DNA of 64,000 bases from Actinomycetales bacterium (GTDB taxonomy: Bacteria; Actinomycetota; Actinomycetes; Actinomycetales; JBBRBF01), in contig JBBRBF010000004.1 in NCBI GenBank assembly GCA_038206105.1, positions 8,053 to 72,052 of the forward strand. The letters run 5' to 3'. Shown piece after piece: positions 1 through 9,627 of this stretch. How positions within the stretch are numbered: the first letter of the stretch is position 1; the number at the start of each line of letters is the position of its first letter. The translations under genes and the position numbers were made by a program. The notes beneath the pieces are model-generated. The model was given only the letters and a program-made list of their open reading frames with translations. It searched no databases and had not been told where the DNA came from.

Positions 1-743
1 CCACGCTGCTCGTCGGGCACGTCACCAAGGACGGCGGGATCGCCGGGCCGCGCGTGCTGGAGCACCTCGTGGACGTCGTCTGCCAGTTCGAGGGCGAGCG
101 CCACTCCCGGTTGCGCCTCGTGCGTGCCGTGAAGAACCGGTACGGGCCCACCGACGAGGTCGGCTGCTTCGACCTGTCCGACGCCGGGATCACCGGGCTG
201 CCCGACCCCAGCGGCCTGTTCCTGTCACGGACCACGGTCCCGGTGCCGGGGACCTGCGTCACCGTCACCCTGGAGGGGCGCCGACCGCTGGTCGCTGAGG
301 TGCAGTCGCTCGTCGCCGCGAGCAGCGCGCAGGTGCCCCGCCGCGCGACGTCGGGGCTGGACTCCTCGCGGGTCGCCATGGTGGTGGCGGTGATGCAGCG
401 TCGCGCGCGCCTCGCCCTCGGCGGCCAGGACGTCTACCTGGCGACCGTCGGTGGTGTGCGCGTCGGTGAACCGGCAGCCGACCTCGCGGCGGCCCTGGCC
501 CTGGCCGGTGCGGTGGCCGACCGCCCCATCCCCGCCGGCACGGTCGCCGTGGGAGAGGTCGGTCTCGCCGGGGACGTGCGCCCGGTCGCCGGGCTGCACC
601 GGCGGCTGTCGGAGGCGGCGCGGCTCGGCTTCACCCGGGCCGTCGTGCCGCACGGCGCCGACACGGCCCCGACGCCGGAGGGGATGGAGGTGATCGAGGT
701 CGGCCACGTCGGGGAGGCGACGCTGCGGGCCGGGCTGGCGTGA
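1..743 (+). CDS. radA: DNA repair protein RadA/Sms, C-terminal portion (5' end outside window)
   Basis: Frame is open from the window edge. KNRYG (KNRFG-type) motif is followed by a Lon-protease-like C-terminal domain. disA follows directly, as in other Actinobacteria. Confidence 0.85.
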   Translation, partial: TLLVGHVTKDGGIAGPRVLEHLVDVVCQFEGERHSRLRLVRAVKNRYGPTDEVGCFDLSDAGITGLPDPSGLFLSRTTVPVPGTCVTVTLEGRRPLVAEVQSLVAASSAQVPRRATSGLDSSRVAMVVAVMQRRARLALGGQDVYLATVGGVRVGEPAADLAAALALAGAVADRPIPAGTVAVGEVGLAGDVRPVAGLHRRLSEAARLGFTRAVVPHGADTAPTPEGMEVIEVGHVGEATLRAGLA

Positions 744-878
744 GGCAGCGTCGGCGACGACCCGGGACCGTGACCACGTCGTGACCGCGTCGCGATCCCG
801 GTGCCCGGGCTCCGCCTGGATACACTCCGACCTACCGGCCGGTAGGTCGGGTCGACGTCGCACCACCTGGGGGCGGAG

Positions 879-1961
879 ATGGCGACGGATCGCGGGCACA
901 CCGCGTCGCTACTGCCGACACTCGCGGCCGTCGCGCCCGGTACGGAGCTGCGCGACGGGCTGGAGCGCATCCTGCGGGGCCGGACCGGCGCCCTGATCGT
1001 GCTCGGCCAGGACCACGGCGTGGAGCAGCTCTGCTCGGGTGGTTTCGTGCTCGACATCGACTTCTCGTCGACCCGGCTGCGCGAGCTCGCCAAGATGGAC
1101 GGCGCCATCGTGCTGGACGCCGCCGCGAGCCGGATCGTGCGCGCCGCGGTCCACCTCGTTCCCGACTCCTCGATCGACACGACGGAGTCGGGGACGCGCC
1201 ACCGGACCGCCGAGCGGGTGGCGAAGCAGACCGGCCTGCCAGTGATCTCGGTGAGCGCGTCGATGAACATCGTCGCCCTGTACCTCCACGGACGTCGGCA
1301 CGTGCTCGACGCCTCCGACGCCATCCTGGGGCGGGCCTTCCAGGCGCTGCAGACCCTGGAGCGGTACAAGGCGCGCCTCGACGAGGTCACCGGGACCCTG
1401 TCCGCCCTGGAGATCGAGGACCTCGTCACGGTGCGGGACGTGGCCAGCGTGGTGCAGCGACTCGAGATGGTGCGGCGGATCTCCGACGAGGTCGCCGGGT
1501 ACGTCGTCGAGCTCGGCACCGACGGCCGGCTGATGTCCTTGCAGCTCGAGGAGCTCGTCGGCGGCACCGGCCCGGACCGCGACCTGGTGATCCTGGACTA
1601 CCTCGACTCTGCGCGGCGGCCGATGTCGGTGCCCGAGGCGCAGGACGCGCTGGCGGGGATCGACCCGGCCGACCTCGTCGACCTCAGCCACGTCTCCCGG
1701 GTACTCGCCCTGACCGCCGGGACGGAGTCCCTCGACGGCGCCCTGAGCCCGCGCGGCTACCGCCTGCTGCACCAGGTGCCGCGGCTCCCGGGCGCCATCA
1801 TCGACCGCCTCGTCGAGCAGTTCGACGGGTTGCAGAAGCTGCTCGCGGCCTCGATCGAGGACCTGATGGGTGTCGAGGGCGTCGGCGAGCAGCGCGCCCG
1901 TGCGGTTCGGGAGGGTCTGTCCCGCCTCGCCGAGTCCAGCATCCTCGAGCGCTACGTCTGA
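879..1961 (+). CDS. disA: DNA integrity scanning protein DisA (diadenylate cyclase)
   Basis: 360-aa ORF with DAC-domain blocks (GALIVLG, DGAIVLD, RHRTAERV) and a C-terminal HhH-like region. ATG has GGAG just upstream. Confidence 0.9.
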   Translation: MATDRGHTASLLPTLAAVAPGTELRDGLERILRGRTGALIVLGQDHGVEQLCSGGFVLDIDFSSTRLRELAKMDGAIVLDAAASRIVRAAVHLVPDSSIDTTESGTRHRTAERVAKQTGLPVISVSASMNIVALYLHGRRHVLDASDAILGRAFQALQTLERYKARLDEVTGTLSALEIEDLVTVRDVASVVQRLEMVRRISDEVAGYVVELGTDGRLMSLQLEELVGGTGPDRDLVILDYLDSARRPMSVPEAQDALAGIDPADLVDLSHVSRVLALTAGTESLDGALSPRGYRLLHQVPRLPGAIIDRLVEQFDGLQKLLAASIEDLMGVEGVGEQRARAVREGLSRLAESSILERYV

Positions 1962-2028
1962 CGGACCGTCAGCCGTGGCCGCGGCGGCCCGCTGACCCGC
2001 CGCCACCTCACCGCCGGCCGCCGCGGGC

Positions 2029-3054
2029 TCAGTCCGCGAGGGTCAACCGCAGGGGCTCGCTGGCGACCCCGTCGACACTGGCCGTCACCTCGTAGGTCCC
2101 GGGGTCGGCCGCAGGCATGCCCGCCGGGCATCCCGGCGCGCTGTGCACCCGGGCCCAGGTCACCGCCACCCGCGCCTCGACGCCGGGGGCGACGAGCACC
2201 GGGCGCCCGCGCTGCGGCCCTGACACCTCCTGCGGGCAGTGCGCCGAGTCGTACACGAGCTCCTCCCCGGAGGAGACCGCGAGCCCGACGGTGTCGGCAC
2301 CGAGAACCACGGCACACGGCTCGGCGCCCGCCCGGGCGCGGACCACCGCGGAGAGCACCGGGTTCGACCCGGCCCCGGCAGCCGCCGAGTCGGCGCCGGC
2401 CAGCACCTGCACCCCATCCGCGGTGCAGGTGGGGGCGTCGACGGCGGCAGGCAGCGCGGCCGGCGCGTCCTCGGCGCCGGCCTCGGCCCTCGTGTCGCCT
2501 GCCGGGTCGGCTGCCCCGGTGTCGGCAGCCACAGCGTCGGCACCGGCGTCGTCGGCCGCGTCGTCGGCCGCGTCGTCGGACGTCGCGGCGTCCGAGCCCG
2601 GTGCGTCGCCACCGCCGCCCTCGGGCTCCGCGGCGCTGCCGGTCGCCGGGTCCTCACCGGTCGCCGGGTCCTCACCGGTCGCCGGGTCCTCATCCGTCGC
2701 GTCCTGAGAGGTCGCCGCCTCACCGGAGTCCTCACCGTCCCGCGCCTCACCGTCCGCGACAGCGTCCCCGCTCGGGGCGCCACCGCCCTCGGAGGTCCCT
2801 GCCTGCTCGCCGACGGCCGGATCGCCGACGACCCCGGCGATGGCCTGCACGCCGAGCACGGCGACGAGCGTCACGACGGCCAGCCCGAGGACGGCGACCA
2901 GGCGCCGTCGCCGGTAGACCGCCGGGCTGGCCCGCCGCCGGGGTCGGGGCGCCCACGGGGCGCGTCCTGACGTCACGGTCGGCACCCGCCGACGGTAGGG
3001 CGCGCGCAGCCCGGGACGGCGACGGCGCGCCGGGGCCGGCGTCCCTGACCACAC
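2029..3054 (-). CDS. Hypothetical membrane-anchored protein with acidic low-complexity linker and Cys-containing C-terminal domain
   Basis: Arg-rich N-terminus, one TM helix (LVAVLGLAVVTLVAVLGV), D/E/A/G/P-rich spacer and a ~130-aa C-terminal domain with 4 Cys. Family not recognised. Confidence 0.6.
   Translation of the reverse strand: MWSGTPAPARRRRPGLRAPYRRRVPTVTSGRAPWAPRPRRRASPAVYRRRRLVAVLGLAVVTLVAVLGVQAIAGVVGDPAVGEQAGTSEGGGAPSGDAVADGEARDGEDSGEAATSQDATDEDPATGEDPATGEDPATGSAAEPEGGGGDAPGSDAATSDDAADDAADDAGADAVAADTGAADPAGDTRAEAGAEDAPAALPAAVDAPTCTADGVQVLAGADSAAAGAGSNPVLSAVVRARAGAEPCAVVLGADTVGLAVSSGEELVYDSAHCPQEVSGPQRGRPVLVAPGVEARVAVTWARVHSAPGCPAGMPAADPGTYEVTASVDGVASEPLRLTLAD
2641..2694 (-). repeat. 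18-bp tandem repeat x3 inside the CDS (encodes DPATGE x3)
   Basis: ggtcgccgggtcctcacc occurs twice exactly, and a third copy has one change. Confidence 0.9.
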
Positions 3055-3106
3055 ACTGCCGACCGCACACCGCCGACCGCCCCGCCGTGGGGCAGGATCT
3101 GCGGCG

Positions 3107-3988
3107 ATGCCCGACCACCCGCTGCACCACGGCGTCCTGCGCTGGTACTCCGGCAGCGCACGCGACCTGCCGTGGCGCGAGGACGGCGCGAGCCCGTGGG
3201 GGGTGCTCGTGAGCGAGGTGATGCTGCAGCAGACACCCGTCGCCCGCGTGCTGCCGGTGTGGCGGGAGTGGGTCGACCGCTGGCCCCGTCCCGCCGACCT
3301 CGCGGTAGCGGCCCCCGGCGACGCCGTCCGCGCATGGGGGCGCCTCGGCTACCCCCGGCGCGCGCTGCGGCTGCACGCCGCCGCCCGCGCCCTCGTGGCA
3401 GACCACGACGGGCAGGTACCCGCCGACCATGCGGCGCTGCGCGCGCTGCCCGGGGTCGGGGAGTACACCGCCGCCGCCGTGGCCGCGTTCGCGTTCGGTC
3501 GCCGGCACGCCGTGGTCGACACGAACGTGCGCCGGGTGCAGGCGCGAGCCGTCACCGGGCTGGAGCAGCCGGCGTCGGCGCTGACCGCCGCCGAGCGGGA
3601 CCTGGCCACGGCACTGCTGCCCGACGACCCCGCGGCGGCCGCCCGCTGGTCCGTCGCGGTGATGGAGCTGGGGGCCCTCGTCTGCACGGCCCGGTCCCCC
3701 GGCTGCGAGATCTGCCCGCTGGCGCCGGCCTGCGCGTGGCACCGGGCGGGTCGCCCGCCCGCCACCGGCCCACGCCCCCGTGCGCAGCGCTGGACCGGCA
3801 CCGACCGCCAGGTCCGAGGGCGGCTGGTCCAGGTGCTCCGCGAGGCCTCCGGCCCGGTCGACCGGAGCGAGCTCGACGCGGCCTGGGACGACGAACCGCA
3901 GCGGCGCCGGTGCCTGGCCTCGCTGGTGGACGACGGCCTCGTCGAGCCGCTGCCCGGTCGGCGCTACCGGCTGCCGGGCACCCCGTGA
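3107..3988 (+). CDS. mutY: A/G-specific adenine DNA glycosylase MutY
   Basis: HhH-GPD blocks (VSEVMLQQT, LGYPRRA, LPGVGEYTAAAV, VDTNVRRV) and a C-x6-C-x2-C-x5-C iron-sulfur cluster loop (CTARSPGCEICPLAPAC). Confidence 0.85.
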   Translation: MPDHPLHHGVLRWYSGSARDLPWREDGASPWGVLVSEVMLQQTPVARVLPVWREWVDRWPRPADLAVAAPGDAVRAWGRLGYPRRALRLHAAARALVADHDGQVPADHAALRALPGVGEYTAAAVAAFAFGRRHAVVDTNVRRVQARAVTGLEQPASALTAAERDLATALLPDDPAAAARWSVAVMELGALVCTARSPGCEICPLAPACAWHRAGRPPATGPRPRAQRWTGTDRQVRGRLVQVLREASGPVDRSELDAAWDDEPQRRRCLASLVDDGLVEPLPGRRYRLPGTP

Positions 3989-4449
3989 ACCCCGGCGGCG
4001 CAGCAGACGACGCCGCGCGGGTCGCGAGCCGGCTGGCGCGGGCGTCGCTGGGGCTCTCGCTCGGGGGCGTCGTGCTCGGTCTGTTCGCGGTCGGCGCCCT
4101 CGTCACCGCCGGCGGGCGGCTCGGAGCCACGTCGCTCCCACCGGTGCTGCTGCTCGGCGTCGGCCAGGTCGGCGGGCTCGTCGGGGCGGCGGGGTGCGCC
4201 GTGCGGATCCGCCCGGTGCTCAGCGGTGGGGTGGCACCACACGTGGCGGCGGCGGCCGCGGTGCGCTCCTTGGACCGGCTGCTGCCCGCGGTGGCAGCGG
4301 TCGCGGCGCTGACTGCGGCCGCGATGCCGGTTCTGCTGCGCCCCGCGCCGACGGCGGCCTTCTCGGCGCTCGTCTCCCTGGCCCTCGTCGCTCAGCTGCT
4401 CGTGCTCGTGGCGGTGCTGCGGGCGCCGCTGCGTCGAGACGCGCACTGA
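3985..4449 (+). CDS. Hypothetical small integral membrane protein
   Basis: GTG overlaps the mutY stop (GTGA). About four hydrophobic helices. It is the tail of track ORF 3172..4449. No family recognised. Confidence 0.4.
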   Translation: MNPGGAADDAARVASRLARASLGLSLGGVVLGLFAVGALVTAGGRLGATSLPPVLLLGVGQVGGLVGAAGCAVRIRPVLSGGVAPHVAAAAAVRSLDRLLPAVAAVAALTAAAMPVLLRPAPTAAFSALVSLALVAQLLVLVAVLRAPLRRDAH

Positions 4450-4654
4450 CGCCACCCCCGAGCGGGAGCGCGTCCGTTTCCGGGCGTCCCGGAACCGGGC
4501 CCCGCTCGGGTCGGTGCTGCGGCGGCGGGACCGCCGGTCGAGCACGCGTCGGCGTGACCACACGTTCGGCACCCGGCGAGGCATCGTGCCGTCCGACCCG
4601 GCACGATGCCGACGTCACCGCAGACACGAACCGACGACGAGGAGCAGGTGCCCG

Positions 4655-5452
4655 ATGAGCGTCCTGGAGCGCCCCGACGGGGCCCGCATCTGGTGGACCG
4701 ACGCCGGCCGGGGCGAGCCCGTCGTGCTCGTGATGGGCCTGGCGTACCCGAGCGACATGTGGTTCCGGCTGCTGCCGGCGCTGACCGAGGGGTACCGGGT
4801 GCTGCGGCTCGACAACCGCGGCGCGGGCCGGACCGGGGACGTGCCCGGGGCCCCGTACTCGGTCGAGACGATGGCCGCCGACGTCCTGGCCGTGCTCGAC
4901 GCGGCCGGCGAGCGTTCCGCGCACGTCGTCGGCATCTCCATGGGCGGGCTGATCGCCCAGGAGATCGCGATGTCGGCGCCGGAGCGCGTCCGCTCGCTGG
5001 TGCTCGGGTGCACCCATCCCGGCGTCGCGGACTCGGTCTGGGACCCCGAGGCGATGACCCTTCTCGCCGACCGCGGCGGGCTGAGCCCCGAGCAGGCGGC
5101 GGAGGCATCGGTCCCGTTCAACTACGCGCCGGGCACGCCGCGGTCGCGGATCGAGGAGGACTGGGCGGTGCGGTTGCCGCTCGCGGGCACGGCGGCGGGG
5201 TACGTCGCCCAGGCGCGGGGTACCGCGTCGTGGTCGGGCCTGTCGCGGCTGGCCTCGGTGCGGGTGCCGACGCTGGTGGTGCACGGGGCCGGCGACCGGC
5301 TGGTCCCTCCCGTGAACGGACGCCGGATCGCTGCGGAGGTCCCCGGGGCGGAGCTGGTGCTCGTCGAGGACGCCAACCACCTGTTCATGACCGACCAGCC
5401 CGAGCGCTCGCGCGAGCTCCTGCTCGGCTGGCTCGCCCGGCACGCCGGGTGA
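4655..5452 (+). CDS. Alpha/beta hydrolase
   Basis: Internal ATG at 4655 preceded by GGAGCAGG. GISMGG nucleophile elbow, and the upstream part of the track ORF is R-rich junk. Confidence 0.8.
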   Translation: MSVLERPDGARIWWTDAGRGEPVVLVMGLAYPSDMWFRLLPALTEGYRVLRLDNRGAGRTGDVPGAPYSVETMAADVLAVLDAAGERSAHVVGISMGGLIAQEIAMSAPERVRSLVLGCTHPGVADSVWDPEAMTLLADRGGLSPEQAAEASVPFNYAPGTPRSRIEEDWAVRLPLAGTAAGYVAQARGTASWSGLSRLASVRVPTLVVHGAGDRLVPPVNGRRIAAEVPGAELVLVEDANHLFMTDQPERSRELLLGWLARHAG

Positions 5453-5472
5453 CGCGGTTCGGCAGGACCTCG

Positions 5473-5859
5473 TCAGCCGCCGTGGTGGACGGCCTCCACG
5501 TTGTGCCCGTCGGGGTCGCGCAGGAACACGGCGTAGTAGCCGGGGTGGTACTCGGGCCACTCTCGCGGTGAGTGCAGCACCTCGACGCCGGCCGCGGCGG
5601 CGGCCTCGTGGACGGCGTCCACGGCGGCCCGGTCGGGCGCGGCGAGCGCCACGTGGATCTCGCGTGTCTCCGGGCCGGCCCCCGGTGCCAGCCAGAGGTC
5701 GGGAACGCCGTTCGGCCCGGCGAGCCCGACGACGGCGGAGTCGCCGACGGGGAACCGGACCACCTCCTGCAGACCGATGGGCGCGAAGCACCGCAGGTAG
5801 AGGGCACTCGACGCCTCGACGTCGCCGACCTGGATCCCGATGTGATCGAGCATGCGCAC
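5473..5859 (-). CDS. VOC family protein (glyoxalase/bleomycin-resistance fold)
   Basis: 128 aa with the typical MLDHIGIQV start and a C-terminal YYAVFLRDPDGHNVE block. Confidence 0.8.
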   Translation of the reverse strand: MRMLDHIGIQVGDVEASSALYLRCFAPIGLQEVVRFPVGDSAVVGLAGPNGVPDLWLAPGAGPETREIHVALAAPDRAAVDAVHEAAAAAGVEVLHSPREWPEYHPGYYAVFLRDPDGHNVEAVHHGG

Positions 5860-5951
5860 ACGCTAGCCGCGACCACCGACAGCGGGCTGCCGTGCCGCCG
5901 TCTCCTCGAGTAGGTCCTCGTCCGTCGGGGCCGCCCGGGGGTCGTGACGCG

Positions 5952-6575
5952 TCAGAGGACCGTGTAGCCGCTCGGCAGCCCGCCCCGGCCCGTGGCGGCG
6001 CGCAGCAGGGGCCCGGCCGTCCCCGCGTCGGCGGCGAGCGCCCCGACGAGGTCGAAGGCCGCCGCGCCCGCCAGCGGCGGCACGGGCGACTCCTCGCCGA
6101 CCACTGCGCGCAGGTCGCAGGTGTGCACGACGAGCTCCAGCGTGCGCGTGGGCAGGTAGTCCCGCAGCCGCATCCCGCCGACGGGGGTGGTCACCAGGTC
6201 GTCGGCGCCGGCGGCAGCCACCCGCGGGAGCACCCGCTCGACGAGCGCGGCGACCGCGGCGGGCGGGTCGTCGCCCAGGCCGCGGCCCGCCTCCCGGCCC
6301 CGCTCGGCGACAGCGGCGGCATCACCCCCGACCGCGCGACGCACGTACGCGACCGCGGAGACGGCGTCGACCCCGGCGGTCGGGCGGTCGAGGTACGCCT
6401 CGACCGTCGACAGTGCCCGGCCCGTGTGACCGACGAGGTCGCGCACGGTCCACTCGCCGAGGGCCGGTTCGTCCCAGTGGCCGCGGCCGAGGGCGGCCGC
6501 GCCGGCGAACCAGCGGGACGCCTGCTCGAAGGCCGCCAGGGACGCCGTCCAGTCCCCGCTCACGTCCCCGCTCAC
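5952..6575 (-). CDS. DinB-like / mycothiol-dependent maleylpyruvate isomerase family protein
   Basis: N-terminal DinB-type helix bundle signature (WTVRDLVGHTG). GTG start overlaps the upstream stop (GTGA). 12-bp duplication gtgagcggggac x2 at the start. Confidence 0.65.
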   Translation of the reverse strand: MSGDVSGDWTASLAAFEQASRWFAGAAALGRGHWDEPALGEWTVRDLVGHTGRALSTVEAYLDRPTAGVDAVSAVAYVRRAVGGDAAAVAERGREAGRGLGDDPPAAVAALVERVLPRVAAAGADDLVTTPVGGMRLRDYLPTRTLELVVHTCDLRAVVGEESPVPPLAGAAAFDLVGALAADAGTAGPLLRAATGRGGLPSGYTVL

Positions 6576-8770
6576 CGTTGGAAGCAGACGTAGGTCGAGG
6601 AGCCCCCCGACGGCTGGTACCCGATCGAGCGCAAGAACGCGGACCTCGCCGTGGCCTCGCGGGCGAGGCAGACCTGGTCGACGTCGAGCAGGTCCAGGGC
6701 AGCGGTGACCCGTACGGGGTCGCGCATGCCGACCTCCCGGTTGGCGAAGGCGAGCAGGGTCAGCCGCTCCGGGTAGTGGAAGGCGGGCTCGTCGCGCAGG
6801 TGCGCCATGAAGTACGCGCGCGGCGCGACCGTCTTCACCGCCGTGGTGCTCACCGTGACCGTGATCGCGAGGTTGTCCGGCGCCAGCACCAGGTCACCCG
6901 GTTCCGAGGTCGCGAGCACGCCCTCCGCCGCCGCGAGTGACGACGGGTCCCGCTTCCAGCCCGGGGAGACGTCGAGGTACACGCCGTTGGCGCGTGACCA
7001 GATCGGCAGGCCCGAGGCCACGAGCACGACCACGAGCACGAAGGGGGCCGCGAGCCGCCGGACCGTGCGACCACGACGCCCGACCAGCGCGGCCGCGAGC
7101 ACCCCCACCAACGCGGCGACGGTGACCAGCCAGGACACGCGCCACAGGGTGGGCCCGAGACCGATGAGGTCGTAGGCCAGCACGGTCACCCCGGGCACGA
7201 AGGTCACGCCGGTGATGCCGACGAGCACCCCGGTGGTGACCCGCGCCGCCCGCAGCGGCAGCAGCAGCGCACCCGCCAGGACCGCGGCCACGGCGACCGC
7301 CGCGATCGGACCGTCCCTGAAGATCTCGTGCCCGAACCACGCCGGGTCGAATCGGAACAGCTTCCGTGACTCGAACACGTCCGCCGAGCGCCCCCCGAGC
7401 GCGAGGGTGACCACGCCCGCGCCGAGGGGGTAGGCGGCCGCCGCCCCGAGGCCGACGAGCGCACGCACGGGCCGGGTCAGCACCAGCGGGGCCACCCCCC
7501 CGACGGCGAGCAACGGCACGAGGAACATCGCGGTGGTGCTCAGCCCGACCGCCGCGACCCCGCCGGCGAACAGCCACCCGGCACGACGCCACGTCGGCCG
7601 CTCGACGAAGCGCAGCGCGTACACGAGCAGCAGCGGCACGAGGAGGCACAGCAGGATGACCTTGCCCTGCCAGATCCGGATCAGGAACAGGTTGCCCGGC
7701 GCCGCGTACCCGGTGCCCCCGTCCAGGAGCAGGAACGCCAGGGCGACCGACAGGGCCAGCGCGACGGCGCGCACCTGCCACGTGCGCAGCAGCCGCCACA
7801 GCGCCAGCACGGACAGGAACGTCGCCAGCGGTGGCACCACGACGTACACGACGGTCGCCGCGGGGACGCCGATCAGCCACGCGAGCGTGCCGGCCAGGGC
7901 GTCGTAGGACGCCACCGGCGGCCAGCTGGCCATCGGGTAGACGAGGTCCGAGAACAGCGTGTCGCGCACCGGGAACGAGCCGTGATCGACGACCCACTGC
8001 GCCAGGTTGACGTAGTACAGGTCGTCGGGGTTGGACCAGCGGGCCAGCAGCGCCAGCACGCCCAGCCCCGAGGCCCAGGCCAGGGCCACGGCCGAACCGG
8101 GCCCGCTGCCGGAGACAACCGCACGGAGGACCCTCGGCAGCCCCCGCCGCGCGCCGACCGCCTGCGTCGACACGCCGCCCCGCGCGGACGCGGCAGCGCG
8201 CCCGACGGCGGGACCCAGCCCCGCGGCCCCGGCGGTCACGGCCGCCCGGTGCTCGACGACCGCGAGCAGCGTCCCGGCGACGGCGGCGGTCAGCCACATC
8301 CCCGCCACCAGCGGCCACGCTGCCTGTACCGCCATCAGCAGCGCGGCGACCACGGCGGCCAGCGCCGCCGTCGTCAGGAGCACGCCGCGCACCACACCGG
8401 GCGGCCCGAGGACGTCGTCCGGCCGGGTCCCCACCCCCTGCTCGGCGGCGGCGGCGTCGGCAGCGACGGCAGCGACGGTGAGGTCGGGCGGGCCGCCGGC
8501 GTCGGCCCGGCGTCGCCGTCCGGCCCGCCAGGCCAGCAGCCCCAAGCCGGCCAGCGCGACCGCCTCCAGCGCGACGGCCCACTGCACGCCCAGCCGCAGC
8601 ACGAGGCAGACGTGGTAGACGACGGTCCACGTCGCGAGGACGACGACGGAGACGTCGAGCAGCCGGTCGCAGGCCCCGGGCACGCCGTCCCGGCGACGAC
8701 CGGTGGCCCGCGCCACCGACGCGGGGGCAGCGGTCGACCCCTGTGCGAGCCTGGTCCCGAGCGACGTCAC
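6572..8770 (-). CDS. Large polytopic membrane protein, GT-C-fold glycosyltransferase-like
   Basis: 732 aa with more than 12 predicted TM helices. A loop motif NPDDLYYVN resembles the DD-x-Y loop of Emb/Aft-type GT-C enzymes. C-terminal soluble domain. GTG start lies 6 nt after a TAGGGT -10 box. Confidence 0.6.
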   Translation of the reverse strand: MTSLGTRLAQGSTAAPASVARATGRRRDGVPGACDRLLDVSVVVLATWTVVYHVCLVLRLGVQWAVALEAVALAGLGLLAWRAGRRRRADAGGPPDLTVAAVAADAAAAEQGVGTRPDDVLGPPGVVRGVLLTTAALAAVVAALLMAVQAAWPLVAGMWLTAAVAGTLLAVVEHRAAVTAGAAGLGPAVGRAAASARGGVSTQAVGARRGLPRVLRAVVSGSGPGSAVALAWASGLGVLALLARWSNPDDLYYVNLAQWVVDHGSFPVRDTLFSDLVYPMASWPPVASYDALAGTLAWLIGVPAATVVYVVVPPLATFLSVLALWRLLRTWQVRAVALALSVALAFLLLDGGTGYAAPGNLFLIRIWQGKVILLCLLVPLLLVYALRFVERPTWRRAGWLFAGGVAAVGLSTTAMFLVPLLAVGGVAPLVLTRPVRALVGLGAAAAYPLGAGVVTLALGGRSADVFESRKLFRFDPAWFGHEIFRDGPIAAVAVAAVLAGALLLPLRAARVTTGVLVGITGVTFVPGVTVLAYDLIGLGPTLWRVSWLVTVAALVGVLAAALVGRRGRTVRRLAAPFVLVVVLVASGLPIWSRANGVYLDVSPGWKRDPSSLAAAEGVLATSEPGDLVLAPDNLAITVTVSTTAVKTVAPRAYFMAHLRDEPAFHYPERLTLLAFANREVGMRDPVRVTAALDLLDVDQVCLAREATARSAFLRSIGYQPSGGSSTYVCFQR

Positions 8771-8776
8771 GGCACG

Positions 8777-8782
8777 ACCCTA
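8777..8782 (-). promoter_or_regulatory. Candidate -10 box TAGGGT of a leaderless transcript for 6572..8770
   Basis: Minus strand reads cgaccTAGGGTcgtgccGTG. The TANNNT hexamer lies 6 nt before the GTG start. Confidence 0.4.
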
Positions 8783-8903
8783 GGTCGTCGCCGCGGTCCG
8801 CGCCGCGCACACGCCTCCGCGCCCGACGGACGGGCGGGCGGGCGCTGGCAGCGCCGCATCCGGTGCCGGACCGCGTCGTCACGGCGAGGGGCGGGCTCCG
8901 GAG

Positions 8904-8934
8904 CCGTACCCGGATCGCATGATCACCGGGGGGG
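8904..8934 (-). repeat. C-rich/GGTGATCA motif copy A
   Basis: Minus strand reads cccccccGGTGATCATGCgatccgggtacgg. It is near-identical to copy B at 20133..20163. Confidence 0.7.
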
Positions 8935-8953
8935 TAGGGGCCGGATACGGGCT

Positions 8954-8985
8954 GCGGACGGGCGGACGGGCGGACGGGCGGCCGG
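8954..8985. repeat. 8-bp microsatellite gcggacgg x3 plus one imperfect unit
   Basis: Direct reading of the intergenic region between divergent genes. Confidence 0.9.
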
Positions 8986-9021
8986 CCGCGAGGCAGGGCG
9001 ACCCGGGTCGACAGGGCGACC

Positions 9022-9027
9022 TAGGGT
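9022..9027 (+). promoter_or_regulatory. Candidate -10 box TAGGGT of a leaderless transcript for 9034..9627
   Basis: Plus strand reads cgaccTAGGGTgagcccGTG. This is the same 11-nt module and 6-nt spacing as on the opposite strand at 8777..8782. Confidence 0.4.
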
Positions 9028-9033
9028 GAGCCC

Positions 9034-9627
9034 GTGCGCCGCGACTCCCCCCGCCCGACCGGCGACGGCCGCGCCGGGTCCCGGCGCGAGGCCGTCGCCA
9101 AGGTGGCGCGCTACACCACGGGCTCCGTGGTCGCGGCGGGCTGCAGCGAGGTCGCGTTCCTGCTGCTGTACGGGGCGTTCGACGCGACCCCGGCGGTCGC
9201 GTCCGTGGTGGGCTGGCTCGCCGGCGCCGTCCCGAACTACTGGCTGAACCGCAGCTGGACGTGGCGGCGCCGCGGCCGGCCCAGCCTGCGGTACGAGCTC
9301 GTGCCGTACGTCGCGATCGTGCTGGGGACGGTGGCGCTGGCGACCGTCGCGACGACGCTGGTGCACCGCGCGCTCGAGGGCGCCGGCGTGGCGGGCGAGG
9401 TACGCCTGCTCGGGGTGGGGGGTACGTTCCTCGCGGTGTACGCAGCGGTCTTCCTGCTGCGCTTCTACCTGCTCGACCAGATGTTCCGCCGCGCACCGTC
9501 CGCGCCCGCGACGGTGGGGGCGACGTCCGCACCCGAGCACCCAGTCCCTGAACCAGCACCTGCACGAGCCCGCGAACCAGACCACGAACCAGCCGAGACC
9601 GGAGCCGACGGAGGACCGCGTGAGTGA
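9034..9627 (+). CDS. GtrA-family membrane protein (polyprenyl-phosphate-sugar translocation family)
   Basis: Four TM helices with the GtrA-like block NYWLNRSWTWRRR. P/E-rich C-terminal tail. Confidence 0.75.
   Translation: MRRDSPRPTGDGRAGSRREAVAKVARYTTGSVVAAGCSEVAFLLLYGAFDATPAVASVVGWLAGAVPNYWLNRSWTWRRRGRPSLRYELVPYVAIVLGTVALATVATTLVHRALEGAGVAGEVRLLGVGGTFLAVYAAVFLLRFYLLDQMFRRAPSAPATVGATSAPEHPVPEPAPARAREPDHEPAETGADGGPRE

Noticed and set aside
3172-4449. A 425-aa ORF overlapping mutY
   Set aside because: It is out of frame with the convincing MutY reading frame. Only its last 154 codons (from GTG 3985) are kept, as a tentative membrane protein.
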